Of a DNA stretch of 64,000 nt, positions 1-10,949 are shown in pieces (position 1 is the first letter of the stretch; each line of letters begins with the position of its first letter). Below the pieces are notes generated by a model. The model had not been told where the DNA came from. It searched no databases and saw only the letters and a list, made by a program, of their open reading frames with translations. Source of the DNA: Prasinococcaceae sp. CCMP 1430 (Eukaryota > Plantae > Prasinodermophyta). Location of the stretch: contig RQSC01000032.1 of assembly GCA_013416795.1 (NCBI GenBank), positions 719,397 through 783,396 of the forward strand, in the 5' to 3' direction. Made by a program: the position numbers and the translations under genes.

Positions 1-122
1 TTTTTTTTTTTTTTTTTTGGCGGCGCGCGAGCGCGTGCGCGCGCACGCGTGCGCAGCGGCCACTCCGCGCGCCTGCGGCGGCGGCCGCGCCCCTGCGCCC
101 CCCCCCGGGCGGCGTGCCCGCC

Positions 123-1659
123 ATGGCGGACACGAAGAAGCAGGTGTGGGGCGACCTCGAAGATGACTCAGACTTCGACGACGAGTACGACATGCCGGAG
201 ACGCGCATCGAGGGCCCCGACGCGAACGGCATCAAGACCGTCAAGGTGCGCAGCGCAGCCGCCGGCAGCAAAACCTAAGTTGCTCGCCGGCCGCCGCCGC
301 CGCACTGCCACGCCCGGCGCGGGGCGCAGGGCGCGGCGCGCGACGTCCGCCGCGATCGAGACACTAGCGGGAGGGTGTCAGAGGGTTTCGCTCACAGGAG
401 CCGGCCGTCAGCGGCGGTCGGGGGGCGCCGCTGCGCCACCCACGCGGCGCGCTTGGTGCATTGCGCGATCGGGTGCTTTCCCGGCGAGTCCATTGCTTTT
501 TTCCCTTTTCGTGCACGGTTCTGCCTGCTGCAGGCGGGCGCACCCCCCTGAGGCGCAGAGGCGAAGAGCGCCAGCCCAAGGGTGGTGGAAGGGGCAATCG
601 ATGTGGCTCTGCTGCGTGGCCCGCTGTTTTGCCGAGCGCGCAGTTCGTGCGGCTGCCGCGTACGGAGCGGCCTGCGCGGCCGCTCCAGGGAACGCGGTGG
701 CGATCACTCTGGCCGCGGGCGCTCTGTGCTGGCACGAAGCGATGAGTGGGCGGGGCCGTGCGCCGCCCGGCGCTTCGCTCTGTCCGCCCTGCCTGTGCAT
801 GCACTGTGCGGCCTCTCGGAATGGCGCGTACCGCGCGCGGAAACCGCGAGGACGGTGCTCGGGCGATGTGGGGTGCTGACTCGCGAGCGCTGCGCGACCT
901 CCACAGGAGTTCATCTTCGACGAGGACTGGAACCCGCCGAGGAAGATCGTCAAGACGTCGCGCTTCAGGGTGAAGACGGAGACCGTCGCGAAGACCAAGT
1001 CGGAGGCTGTGGAGAGACGCAAAAACCTGAAGCCTTTCGGCGACGCGACGGGCGACCGCGGCAATGACGGCATCACCATGGCGTCGCGCGAGGACGTCAA
1101 CTTCGAGCGTGTGTCGAACCTCGACGCGTCGAATGAGGATAAGAAGGTGGAGGATCTGCAGGCGGCGCTTTTGAACAACGACAAGTCCAAGGTGGTGAGC
1201 AACCTGCGCGATATGCTGTACAAGAAGCGCATGGAGCGGCAGCTGCTGGCGGCTAAGGGTCTCATTGACGGCCCGGAGGCGCCGCCCGATGAGGACGCGC
1301 CTATGGCGCCGAAGAAGGGCAGCTACGTGCCGCCCTCGCTGCGCGGTGGGGCTGGTGGCGAGCCGGCTGGGGAGAGCATGTTTGACCGCCGCCGCGACGA
1401 CAACTCGCTGCGCGTCACCAACCTCAGCGAGGACACGCGCGAGCAGGACCTACAGGAGCTTTTCAGGCCTTTCGGCCCCGTCACGCGCGTGTACATCGCC
1501 TACGACCGCGACACCGGCCTCAGCCGCGGCTTCGGCTTCGTCAACTTCATGCACACGGAGGATGCCGAGCGCGCTATCGAGAGGCTCGACGGCCACGGGT
1601 ACGACAACCTTATCCTGCGCGTCGAGAAGGCCGCCCCGCGGCCGCCTATGGAGAAGTAA
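123..1659 (+). CDS. EIF3G: Eukaryotic translation initiation factor 3 subunit G (exons 123-245, 907-1659)
   Basis: N-terminal WGDLEDD...ETRIEGPDANGIKTVK spliced in phase 0 (GT 246, CAG 906) to EFIFDEDWNP..; central YVPPSLRGG; C-terminal RRM (LRVTNLSEDTRE, SRGFGFVNF, GHGYDNLILRVE). Confidence 0.95.
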
Positions 1660-1754
1660 GCCACGCCTACCCATTTGTAGCACCCCCGCACCCCCGCGCG
1701 CGAATCGAATGCGTGCGAGCCCGCGGCGACGCCAAGCACAGCTGCACTGCACAG

Positions 1755-1837
1755 CACCGGGTAACTAACCGGTGACTAGTACTAGTACTAGCTAGAGAGA
1801 GACTCTAGAGAGAGGGACTAGAGTACCTCTAGCTAGG
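1755..1837. repeat. Low-complexity CTAG/ACTAGT/GA-rich tract with short inverted repeat (caccgg..ccggtg) downstream of eIF3g
   Basis: actagtactagtactagctagagagagactctagagagagggactagagtacctctagctagg read directly. Confidence 0.7.
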
Positions 1838-2048
1838 TGCCATAAGTGGCACACGCTGGCTCGGCGCACGCAGCAAAGACTCCATGGGCCGAACCGATCA
1901 TCATCAACGAGCATCCATCCGCGTGTGAGTAAAATGAAGGAGAAATGATGAGCGCGCAATGGAGTTGCATTTTTCCGAGCTCTGATGCATTGCGTCCTGA
2001 CCCTGCCTCCTGCCTGTGTGCCTATACTGTAATATTCCCTCCCCCATG

Positions 2049-2120
2049 CGTGTGTGTGTGTGTGTGCGTGCGTGTGTGTGTGTGTGTGTGTGTGTGCGTG
2101 TGTGCGTGCATGTGCGTGTG
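2049..2120. repeat. Interrupted (GT)n microsatellite
   Basis: gtgtgt.. run with occasional gc interruptions. Confidence 0.9.
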
Positions 2121-2684
2121 TCAGCACGTCAAAGGCAGTGGTCAGCCCGCCTGCTCTGCTGACGTCCGGGGGTTGCAGTCGACGCCACGCGGCGTGTGTC
2201 ATCAATGGGACACATGTGTGTGGGGCGTCTGCGAAGGGTTCCGGAGGTTCGGCATGTGTACATGTGCGTGTGGCGTGGAGGGCGCGCGCCGTCCAGTGCC
2301 CGCACGCGGCCAGGCACGGAATCGGGGTGGTGGCACCGCAGCGGACCGTACACGCGCGCCAGGGGATGGACGTGGGCGCGTGCTCAGAAGTTTGCAGGTG
2401 CGCCGCAAAAAATTCTCGGATGCTACCTACAATGTGATCTGCACGCGCGCGCCCTCGTCCGCAGGCGAGCGGGGCCGTGGGGGCACGGGGCGCGGAGGGG
2501 GGAGGGCACTTGGCGCGCGCGACGGCACGCCCGGCCGCCTGCCCGGCCTGCGCCCGGTCCCCACTGCCCAGCAGCTCGGGCGGTTGCGATCAGTCGCCGC
2601 GCCGCTGGTGCCCGTCCAGGCGTGTGCCCCCCCCCCCCCCCCCCCCCCCGCCTGCGTGCGCGCATTTTTTTTTTCGCCACAAGG

Positions 2685-3973
2685 ATGCGGCTCGCGATGC
2701 TCGTGGCCGCCGCGGCGGCCGTCGCCGCGGCGGCACCACTGGCGCGCGCTGACCACGAGGAGGGGCACGAGCCGCTTGCCCCGGCGCCCGTGGATGAGGG
2801 TGTTCACGATCACTCCTCGCACGACCATGGCACCGGGGTCCAGTTCGAAGACGGCTCCTGGATGGTACGTGCGGCCGGAGCACGCGCGACCCCTTTTTTG
2901 CGAGATAGGTGTGGATTGGTGTGAGAGCGTGCTCGGGCATCGGAAAGCCGGCGCTGCCTCCGCGCGCGCCATCGGCAGCACACGATCCGACTGGCGCGGG
3001 TGGGCGTATCTCGCTCGACCCCGTTGCCTGAGGGGCGGGCGGGCGTGTTGCGCCACGCTGGGTACCCAGCCAGGTCACCTGCAGGACACGCCCGCAGCTC
3101 AGGCAGCTGTCCTGGCGACACGACATTGTGCATGTGTTTAGTGATCGCGTGCGCGCGCGCGCGCGCTAGCCTTTGGCGACTTAGCACCTGACCATCCCAC
3201 CTCTGTGCGCGACATGCGCTCGATCGCAGGTCCCATGCGCGTGCATTGCCATTGACAAGGGTTGGGCGCTGAACTGCTCGCATGCCGGCGAAACGGTAGG
3301 ACTCGCGCGCGCGACGCTCGTCTCGCCGTCGTGCTGGCCACTTCCGGACGTGTCGAAGGGCGCCGTGACGCTGTGCCTGGATGCCTTCCACATCATGCAG
3401 TCGCACCAGCAAGCGTGTCCACACGATAGCCTGGACACCCTCATCAAGAAGGAGATGCACGCCTACGAGCACCTTTACCAAAATTGCTGGAACCCGCCAC
3501 CCTTCTATGAGGGCGCTCCGGGATGCCCTCCAAAGCCCGCCGATTGCTCGCAGGCAGATGCATTGGGCCGCGAGCTGAGGGAGCTGAACTGCACGACCAA
3601 GGAGCAGTGCGCGTCCTCGACCGAGTGCGGCGAGGTCTGGCAGGCGCTGCACGCGGCATACTTCCTCTGCGACAGTCGCGACCTCCCCGTGGCGGCCAAG
3701 CACGACTACCACGACTTTCAGCACGAGTGCCACGACGAGTGGAAGTGCAATGCCGTCGACGTCGACATCGGCTTTGTCGATGACTGTCATGGTTTCGGTG
3801 AGAGCTCAGGCCACGTCCTCTCAACAAACCACACGTCGTGCCCGAAGTGCCCTGAGGTCGAGGAGTCGTCGTGCATCCCAGGAGACTTCAACGGCGACGG
3901 CGTGGTCGACATAGACGACCTGGTGGGCCTCACGGCCTACGTGTCCAACGGTGGCTCGTCCACGCCCCCGTGA
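2685..3973 (+). CDS. Secreted His/Cys-rich protein with internal duplication and C-terminal dockerin-like Ca-binding motif (exons 2685-2864, 3230-3973)
   Basis: Signal peptide MRLAMLVAAAAAVAAAAPLARA; His-rich DHEEGH..HDHSSHDH; phase-0 intron GT 2865/CAG 3229 joins into the open frame of ORF 3350-3973; two C-x(~13)-C..H-x-[YF] repeats; GDFNGDGVVDIDDL near C-terminus. Confidence 0.75.
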
Positions 3974-4284
3974 TTACCGAGGACGCTGGTGTGTCATGCA
4001 TCGGCCCAGCTCGTCGACGCCACTTGGCTGAAACCACTGCTCATTTCAGACGCGAGCAGGGGGGGGCTGCCTTGGCCTCCGGGCACGCTGATGCATGCGA
4101 CGTCGGCAATGCCGCTGCAGAGAGAAAGGAGTGGCGCGCTGAAGAAGAGAGGGGGGGCGGTGCTCTGGGCACCGACGCCGCACAGCTGCCTGACGCTACC
4201 ACACGACGTCGCGCTCCACAGTCGACGCAACTACTGCGGTATCGTAGTAGTAGGTCCGTTTGTGTTTTCAAGAGTTCTACTTTA

Positions 4285-5602
4285 TTACTTGCCTCCTGCG
4301 GTTCGAGCCGCTTCGCCAGCGGCGCCAACCTCACGTGCAAGCCGCCTACCTGCGTCGATGGAGTCCCTAGCTCGCTGCGACAGCCTTCGCCGCAGCCGCG
4401 CCCCGCCCCTGTCGTACTCACGCAACCACGTAGCCTCAGCCAGGTGCCACTCACCTCCGCGCATGTGGTGGGCTGCGAGGGCCTCGAAGACACCAACGAC
4501 GCGCCGCACCCGCAACTCCACCGCCTCGAGGTATAGCTCGCACGCAGCACGAGGTGCGTCAGCGCCGCGCACGAGAATCTCGAACGTCGCCGCGTTCGGC
4601 CGCAGCCCGAGTAGCGTCATGTCCTCAAGGAGATCGGCAGCACGCTCCCCCTCGCCGAGTCGCACAAATGCCTCCGCCAGCGCGTTGAATTGCGCCGTCG
4701 TTGGGTCCTCGGCATCGAGCGCGTCGAGCGCCTCGACGAGTGTCGGCGCGCGCGTGGCCGCAGCAGGGAAGGCAGCGGCGGCTTTCGCACCGCCCAACAG
4801 GCCGAGCTGCCCGCGGCTTCTCTGTCTCAATCGCAAGCGTGCCCATTCTGATGCCAGTGCCGCTGCGGTACACGTGCCCTCTGCCCCCACGCTACGGCTC
4901 ACGCCACCGAGCGTGGCGTCCAGCGAGTCCATCGCACCGCGTGGCAGCACCGACTCTAGCCCGGCTCGCCCTACTCGTCTGCCCGACCCGCTGCCATCTT
5001 TAGCTGCAAGTGCATGCACGAGCAAGGCGTGTGGCGTTGCGCAGGACGCTGCTCATGTCAACAATCAGCGTGCATGCGCGCGTGCACTCGTGCATGCGCG
5101 CGTGCACGCCAACGCAAGCGCGCGACGGCATACCTCCCGCAGCGTCCGCGCGCTGCTGCAATGCAATCGACGCAGCCATCGCCCGCAGGCATGCCTTGCC
5201 CCGCGCAGGCGCCACTGCTCGCAGCGTCTGAGCAGCTGCGCTCACATCTGCGGCCATGGCATGTGCAGTTAGCATAGCGGCGAGCGCCTTGCAGGTCGGT
5301 GCTGTACGCGTGCCGACCATATAGGTGCGCAGCTGTGAGGCGCCGTCGCTACCGCTGCGGCTGCCGGGCTCGATGAGCAGAGCGATGCGCTCGAGCGTGT
5401 CGCGGCGCGCGGGCGGCGCCCCCGACTTGAGCGCGTCCGCCAGCGCCGCCAGCGCCCCTGTCAGGTCACGCGCGCCCACGGCGGCGCGCAGCACCACCTC
5501 CAGCCGAGTGGGCGTGCCGGCCGGTGCCGCCGCTGCTGCGGCAGCGGCCGCTCGCGCCGTCGCCACCATCTTGCCCGACAGCACACGCGCGAGCAGGCGC
5601 AT
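4285..5602 (-). CDS. PPR-repeat-containing organellar protein (exons 5602-5134, 5003-4285)
   Basis: Mitochondrial-type presequence MRLLARVLSGK..; phase-1 intron 5133-5004 (GTATGC..TGCAG); PPR-like motif PTTAQFNALAEAFVRLGEGERAADLLEDMTLLGLRPNAATFEIL. Confidence 0.75.
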
Positions 5603-5848
5603 CTTTCCCCCCACCCAAGTCAAACCCACCCCGACCCTCTCGCTCCTCCCCAACGACACCGGGCACGCGCGCGGGGGGAGGCGGATGGGGAGACGAGAGG
5701 GGTGTGCCTGCTGCGGCTGCGGCCGCAGCCGCGCTGCGCGCGCACCATGTGAAACGCACCTGCATCCACTCACAGAGGTTGGCATGCCCCAGCGTCTCGC
5801 GGGCGGCACAGAGCGCACGCGGCGCGGCCCGGGGCGCGCGCGGCAGGC

Positions 5849-7298
5849 ATGTCCACGTTCGTGCGGCGCACGGGCGCGGGCAGGACCGTGCCTGCCAGAG
5901 CGCCCGCCACTGCAGACGACGGCGGTGAGGTGACAGCGACGGCGGCGGCGGCGGCGAGCGGCCTCGCCAGCGGCAGCGCACACGGCGACCAAGGGGGCGC
6001 CGGCGGCAGCGTCTGCCGCGCCGCCACGCCGGCAGCTGCCAGCGTTCACGCCACCCCCACGCGGCACGCGAGCAGGTCCAGCGGGTCACTCAGTCGTATC
6101 GACGGGCCTGCGCTCGCTGGACGCGCTGTTTGGCGGCGGTGCGCCGCTCGGCACGCTCACGCTGCTGCTCGAGGACTCATTCACCACAGTGGCGCACGAC
6201 ACACTGCTGAGGCACTTCTGCGCCGAGGGCGTCGCGTGCGGCCACGAGCTGCTCGTAGCCACGGCCGACTCAGATACGCTCGATGCCACGCTAAGTTCGG
6301 TGCCGGCGGAGGCCGAGGAGAGCGCAGGCCGGGAGGCCAACGCCGAGGGTGGAGGCGGTAGGGACAGCGCGGCTGCGCGCGGTGGCAGAGATACAGGCGG
6401 CGGCGCGGAGGGCGACGGGCTCAAGGTCGCCTTCCAGTACCGTCGCTACATTAACAAGCAGAGCAAGCTCAAGCAGGTAGCTGCGTCGCGCGAGGAGGCC
6501 GAGGCGATGCGCGTGGCACGGCGCGGCGGCGTCTCGAGCAGCGGCCCTGGCGCTCGCCGCCCTGGCCAGACACAACCTCAGCGCTCCCATAGGTTCGACC
6601 TCCTCGCGCCGCTCACACGCGCTCGACTCGAGCAGCGGCTGGCCGAGACGGGAGGAAAGCTCGTTGGCATCGCTGGCGACGCCGCGGGGCTGATGACTGC
6701 TGCGCGTGAGCCGGTGGCTGCAGGGACCGTGCGGCGTGTGGTGGTGCGCTCACTGAGCGACTTCGTCGCGCTCAGAGGCGGCGGCCGTGGGGGCGACGGG
6801 GGCATTGGCGCCCCGGACACAGACAGCACGGAGGGTTTGCATGCGCGCACGATTGAGCTCGTTGGTGCCCTGCGCCGCCTCAAGGCCGCCGTGGCGCCGC
6901 GCTGCGCTCCAGGAAGCTTCACGCCTACCACTGGGCCCACTTCTGTGGCCATCGTGAGCGTGGCACCAGCGCTCGTGCCTCCCGATGCGCTCTCCCGCAT
7001 GATCGCGCTGGCCGACGGCGTGGTTGCGCTCGACCAGGTCTTTCAGCTCTACCCGACGGCCGCGCAGCAGGCTCAGGTGCACGAGGGTGCCAAGGCTAGC
7101 TGCGTCCTCCGCGTGCTTCGGCGTCCCCTCACACAGACGCTCGAAGCGCACGCGCCGGGCACGCAGCACCTGCTGCGCATCGGGCGGCACCGAGCAGTGC
7201 TTGAAGTTGTGCAGCAGCCGCCAGAAGAGGGCACCGACCGGCCCACAGCACAGGCACAGGGCAGACAGAGGCCCGCCAAGGACGGCACAGCGTGGTGA
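5849..7298 (+). CDS. ELP4: Elongator complex protein 4 (PAXNEB family)
   Basis: STGLRSLDALFGGGAPLGTLTLLLED, LLRHFCAEG, LKVAFQYRRY; MSTFVRR N-terminus is in a different frame, joined by a putative 46-nt intron (5925-5970) or an indel. Confidence 0.8.
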
Positions 7299-7452
7299 AC
7301 GACGCGTAATAAGAACGACTAGTACTCCTGTGCCACAGCAGGCGCGCGCGCGTGGGAAGGTACAGTATTAGTAGAAAATTACAACTGCGTCCAGCCAGCT
7401 GAGGAAGCCCTTGGGCGGCGCTCGCCGTCGACGGAGTCGCCCGCGCGGACGA

Positions 7453-8862
7453 TCAGTGCAGATCGGTGGCGACCGCGTTCTCGCGCGGGCCTGCGTCTGA
7501 GGCCGGCACCGCACGCGCGTCGCCCTTCTCCGGGTCACTGGCCAGGTTGATTGCCGTGAAGGACGCGGTGATGAGCAACGCACCAAGCAGCAGGTCAGTA
7601 CTGGGCGCGACGTGCTCGAACAACGCCGCTGCGACCATGGCGAAGGGAATCTGGATGGACAGACCGATGGTCGCCACCGTGGGCGTTGTCAGCAGCACGG
7701 CCCACGCCCACAGGTAGTCAGACAGAACGTTGTCAACGAGACCCTTGCCCACCGTCCATCTGTACGCCGACGCCGACACCGACGCCAGCGATTGCTGGCC
7801 CGCGAGCACCTCTCCGGCGAGCCACGGCGCGAAGAGCACTGCATTGCAGACGCCCATGTAGCCGAAGAAGAGCATCATCGAGTGCTCGTTCGACTCGGGC
7901 AGCTTCACACGCAGCAGCAAAGTGTAGACAGCGTACGCGCACGCGGAGAGCAAGCAAAATAAGTCACCCAGGACGGTGTTTTTGCCGCCCTCTTTCTTGT
8001 CCGCTAAGCCTACAAGCACTGTCCCCAGCACGCAGAGCAGGACCGCGCCGAGCTTTGCGAACGTAAATCGCTCCTTCAGCACGACCACGCTCAGCAGGAA
8101 GGTGAGCACGCTCGACGCCGACGATAGCACCGTGTTGCTCGTCACCGAAGTGAGCTGCAGGGACCTGTTGAACAGAAACTGCGCGAAAAACCATACCGGT
8201 GCCACCAGCAGCGACAGCTTGGCCGTGCGTATGCGGTCGGGCGGCGCGCGCCCCCCTGCGACACGGTCATGCTGGCCCGCACTCCCGCTGCCGTCGCTGC
8301 CACCCCCGACAGCGGAGAGAATCGCCGCCGTCTCGGACATGTCCTCCTCTTCCGCGTTGACCAAGCCATATTGAGGCGTCTGCACCGTCCCGTTTACCGT
8401 CATCCTAGGCCGCGGAGTCTCCGTTGCGTCATCGAGGGCAGGTCGCCACCGCTGGGGGTCGCGGCGCGACTTCCAGTATGCAAGCAGCTCGAAGATAGGC
8501 ACGTACACCACGAACAGCGTGTTGCAGATGTACGTGAAGAGCAGCGGCCGCATGCCACTCTCAGTGCTCACGACGGCTTTGACGACGTACGACGCCGCCA
8601 CCCAGATCACCGCCACTGCAAACACCAATCCGAGACCCAGTGCCCATCCCTTGCGCCTCAGCACTGTGGCAGCTGCGTTGCGCAGGCCTGTGCTGGCGCC
8701 GGCGGCGGCGCCGTCGCACATGTCTGCCGCGCCGCTGCCCCCGCGCTCGCGCTCGCGCTCGCGCGTCGCCTCAGGCTTGACGACGCGGCGCGAAGCCGAG
8801 CGCGACGACGACGTCGACACGAGAGCCCCGCGATCGATGGCCCCGAGCTCCACCACTGGCAT
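7453..8862 (-). CDS. SLC35F5/Thi74-like EamA (DMT) membrane transporter
   Basis: VAVIWVAASYVVK, WFFAQFLFNRSLQLTSVTSNTVLSSASS, GDLFCLLSACAYAVY, LSDYLWAWAVLLTTPTVATIGLSIQIP; about 10 TM segments; alternative ATG at 8721. Confidence 0.85.
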   Translation of the reverse strand: MPVVELGAIDRGALVSTSSSRSASRRVVKPEATRERERERGGSGAADMCDGAAAGASTGLRNAAATVLRRKGWALGLGLVFAVAVIWVAASYVVKAVVSTESGMRPLLFTYICNTLFVVYVPIFELLAYWKSRRDPQRWRPALDDATETPRPRMTVNGTVQTPQYGLVNAEEEDMSETAAILSAVGGGSDGSGSAGQHDRVAGGRAPPDRIRTAKLSLLVAPVWFFAQFLFNRSLQLTSVTSNTVLSSASSVLTFLLSVVVLKERFTFAKLGAVLLCVLGTVLVGLADKKEGGKNTVLGDLFCLLSACAYAVYTLLLRVKLPESNEHSMMLFFGYMGVCNAVLFAPWLAGEVLAGQQSLASVSASAYRWTVGKGLVDNVLSDYLWAWAVLLTTPTVATIGLSIQIPFAMVAAALFEHVAPSTDLLLGALLITASFTAINLASDPEKGDARAVPASDAGPRENAVATDLH

Positions 8863-9421
8863 GCCCCTGCTTCGCACCGGCGCCGGCGCCAGCGGGGCGG
8901 TCCGCTGTCAGACGGTTCGACTGCGGATGAAGTCGAAATCGAATTCAAAGGCCGCTTGAGGCGACGGCGCGAGGGCGGCACGAGCGGCGAGGCCGGGTGC
9001 GGCGCCCAGGGCGCGCACAGTGCCGCGGACGGCCCACCGCGCCCACGAGTGCGCCCGTCCGAAAGTCCAGCGCGGAGCGCCTCGGAAATGCGGCTCCGGC
9101 GAGGCCCGCCGCATGCGTTTTGAGCTGCGACAATGTGTATAGTCTCCCGTGGCCAATGATAACATAGAACATAATCTTGCATTGTTTTGCCGTCGCTCCC
9201 GCCACGCGCTCGCTTCAAACGCACGCGCAACAGCCGCGAGGTTCCTAACAGCCGGCGGCGCGCGCGCGTGCGCTCATACTGCGCGCGCGTGGCGGCGGCG
9301 GTGGCGGGCCGCGTCTTGGGGTGCGCGGGTTGGGCGCGGCGCGCGAGGCCACGCGCGGCCGCAGAAGAGGCTGGGTGGTTTGACGAAGGAGAGGGAAGCG
9401 GGACCTTGTGCTTTGCCATCG

Positions 9422-10849
9422 ATGGTGTGGGGGACTCGCGCGACAGTGGTCGGCGCGGCTGTCACGCTGATGTTGCTCAACTCGGCGTACTCGCTCGTAG
9501 TTCGCCTCAGCGAGCGGGCGGGCACGCCGCAAGGGGGTAGCTCGACGGGCGGGCGGTACCCATATGAACCCGCTTCGGTTGTGATGGCAGCAGAGGCCGC
9601 GAAGATGCTGCTCTCCGCGTTGATACTTTGGTGGGTGCACAGAGGGTGCGGCAGCAGTGACCGTGTGCCAGAGAGGCGCAGGAGCGCAGCAGCAGCGGGA
9701 GGCGACAGCGCGCTGGAGGGCGACGTGGAGGACTGTCGAGACCGGCGCAAGGAGAAGCACGAGGGACTGCTGACGACCCCAAATCAAGTGGCAGAGGGGG
9801 CGAGCGGCAAGCGTGGTGGCATCCCGTTGCTGGGAGCGTGCTGCGACGCGGCAGACGAGGATGACAGCGCGCCCTGTGATCCCAAGGAGAGAGCCCTCGC
9901 GCTCGACTTGCACACTCTGCTCCTGTTTGGAGCGCCTTCTTTACTGTATTTTGTGAACAACAATGTCGCCTTCTGGTGCCTGCACTTCTTGGACCCGGGG
10001 AGCTACGCCGTGCTCATTCAGCTCAAGGTGGCGACGACTGCCGTGGCGTTCCGAGCTGCATTCGGACGCACGCGCCCGATCGGAGCACGGCGATGGGCGG
10101 CGCTGCTGCTCCTGCTGCTTGGCTGTGCGGCGTCGCAACTTCGCACCTCAGTGCGCGAGACTCTCGCGCAGCCACTCATGGGCTACGTGCTGGTGCTCAC
10201 ACAGTGCACGATCTCCGCAGTCGCATCCATCTACACAGAGTGGTTGCTCAAGAGATCCTCGCAGAGCATTTACTTACAGAATCTTCAGATGTACGTGTAC
10301 GGCACTCTCTTCGGCTTGGCGGCGCTCGCGTCGAAAGGCCTCACACCCGTCGACCTCATTGAGGGTTGGAACGCGGCGGCATTCGTGTCTATGGGCCTCC
10401 TTGCATTTTCGGGACTAACTGTATCGGCAATCATGAAGTATGGTAAGAAGCGCGTGAGAGCGCGCGCGACGGGAGGCACGCTCGGGCGCTGGCGCCATCG
10501 CTAACTCCTCCCAATCCATCCACCCCACCCAACTACAGCAGACAACCTCGTGAAAGTGTTCGCCACAGCTGGCTCCATGTTCTTGACATCGGGTCTGTCA
10601 GCCCTCATGTTCAGCACACCAGTGTACGCGACGCAGCTGGCGGGCATCGTAGTGGCAAGCGTGGCGCTATACATATACGCGTCGTCGCCCACGCCGACGA
10701 ACGTCGCCCCGACTACGGACCTGCGCACTACCTCGCACCAACCCCTTGCAATAGACGCGGAAGTTCACGCGGAGTGTAGAGCCCAGGACAAGGTCAGTGC
10801 CCTGACCTTATCACACCTATCGGTTTCTGCACGGCGCATGGGGGCGTAA
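9422..10849 (+). CDS. Nucleotide-sugar transporter, SLC35A / CMP-sialic acid-UDP-Gal family (intron 10443-10538)
   Basis: E..KMLLS, PSLLYFVNNN, SYAVLIQLKVATTA, ASIYTEWLLK, QNLQMYVYG; spliced KYADNLVKVF. Confidence 0.9.
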
Positions 10850-10949
10850 GGAGAGCGCATGCAATGGCACCTTTCGAATCCACTCGTCTACCAAGTAGTG
10901 CGCACGGTGCGAAAATTTGGCTTACGGCGAACGGCAGGCAAGAAAGAGC

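Noticed and set aside
735-777. SECIS or K-turn in the eIF3g intron hairpin (AUGA next to a stem)
   Set aside because: No opposing GA for the tandem G.A pairs, intronic location, and no in-frame UGA gene nearby
1940-2000. C/D snoRNA-like ATGATGA...CTGA...CTGA
   Set aside because: Only about 40-55 nt long, no terminal stem, and the possible rRNA-complementary 10-mer is not adjacent to a D/D' box
10866-10895. TTCGAATCC...CCA resembling a tRNA 3' half
   Set aside because: The T-stem does not pair, and no D arm or anticodon arm is present
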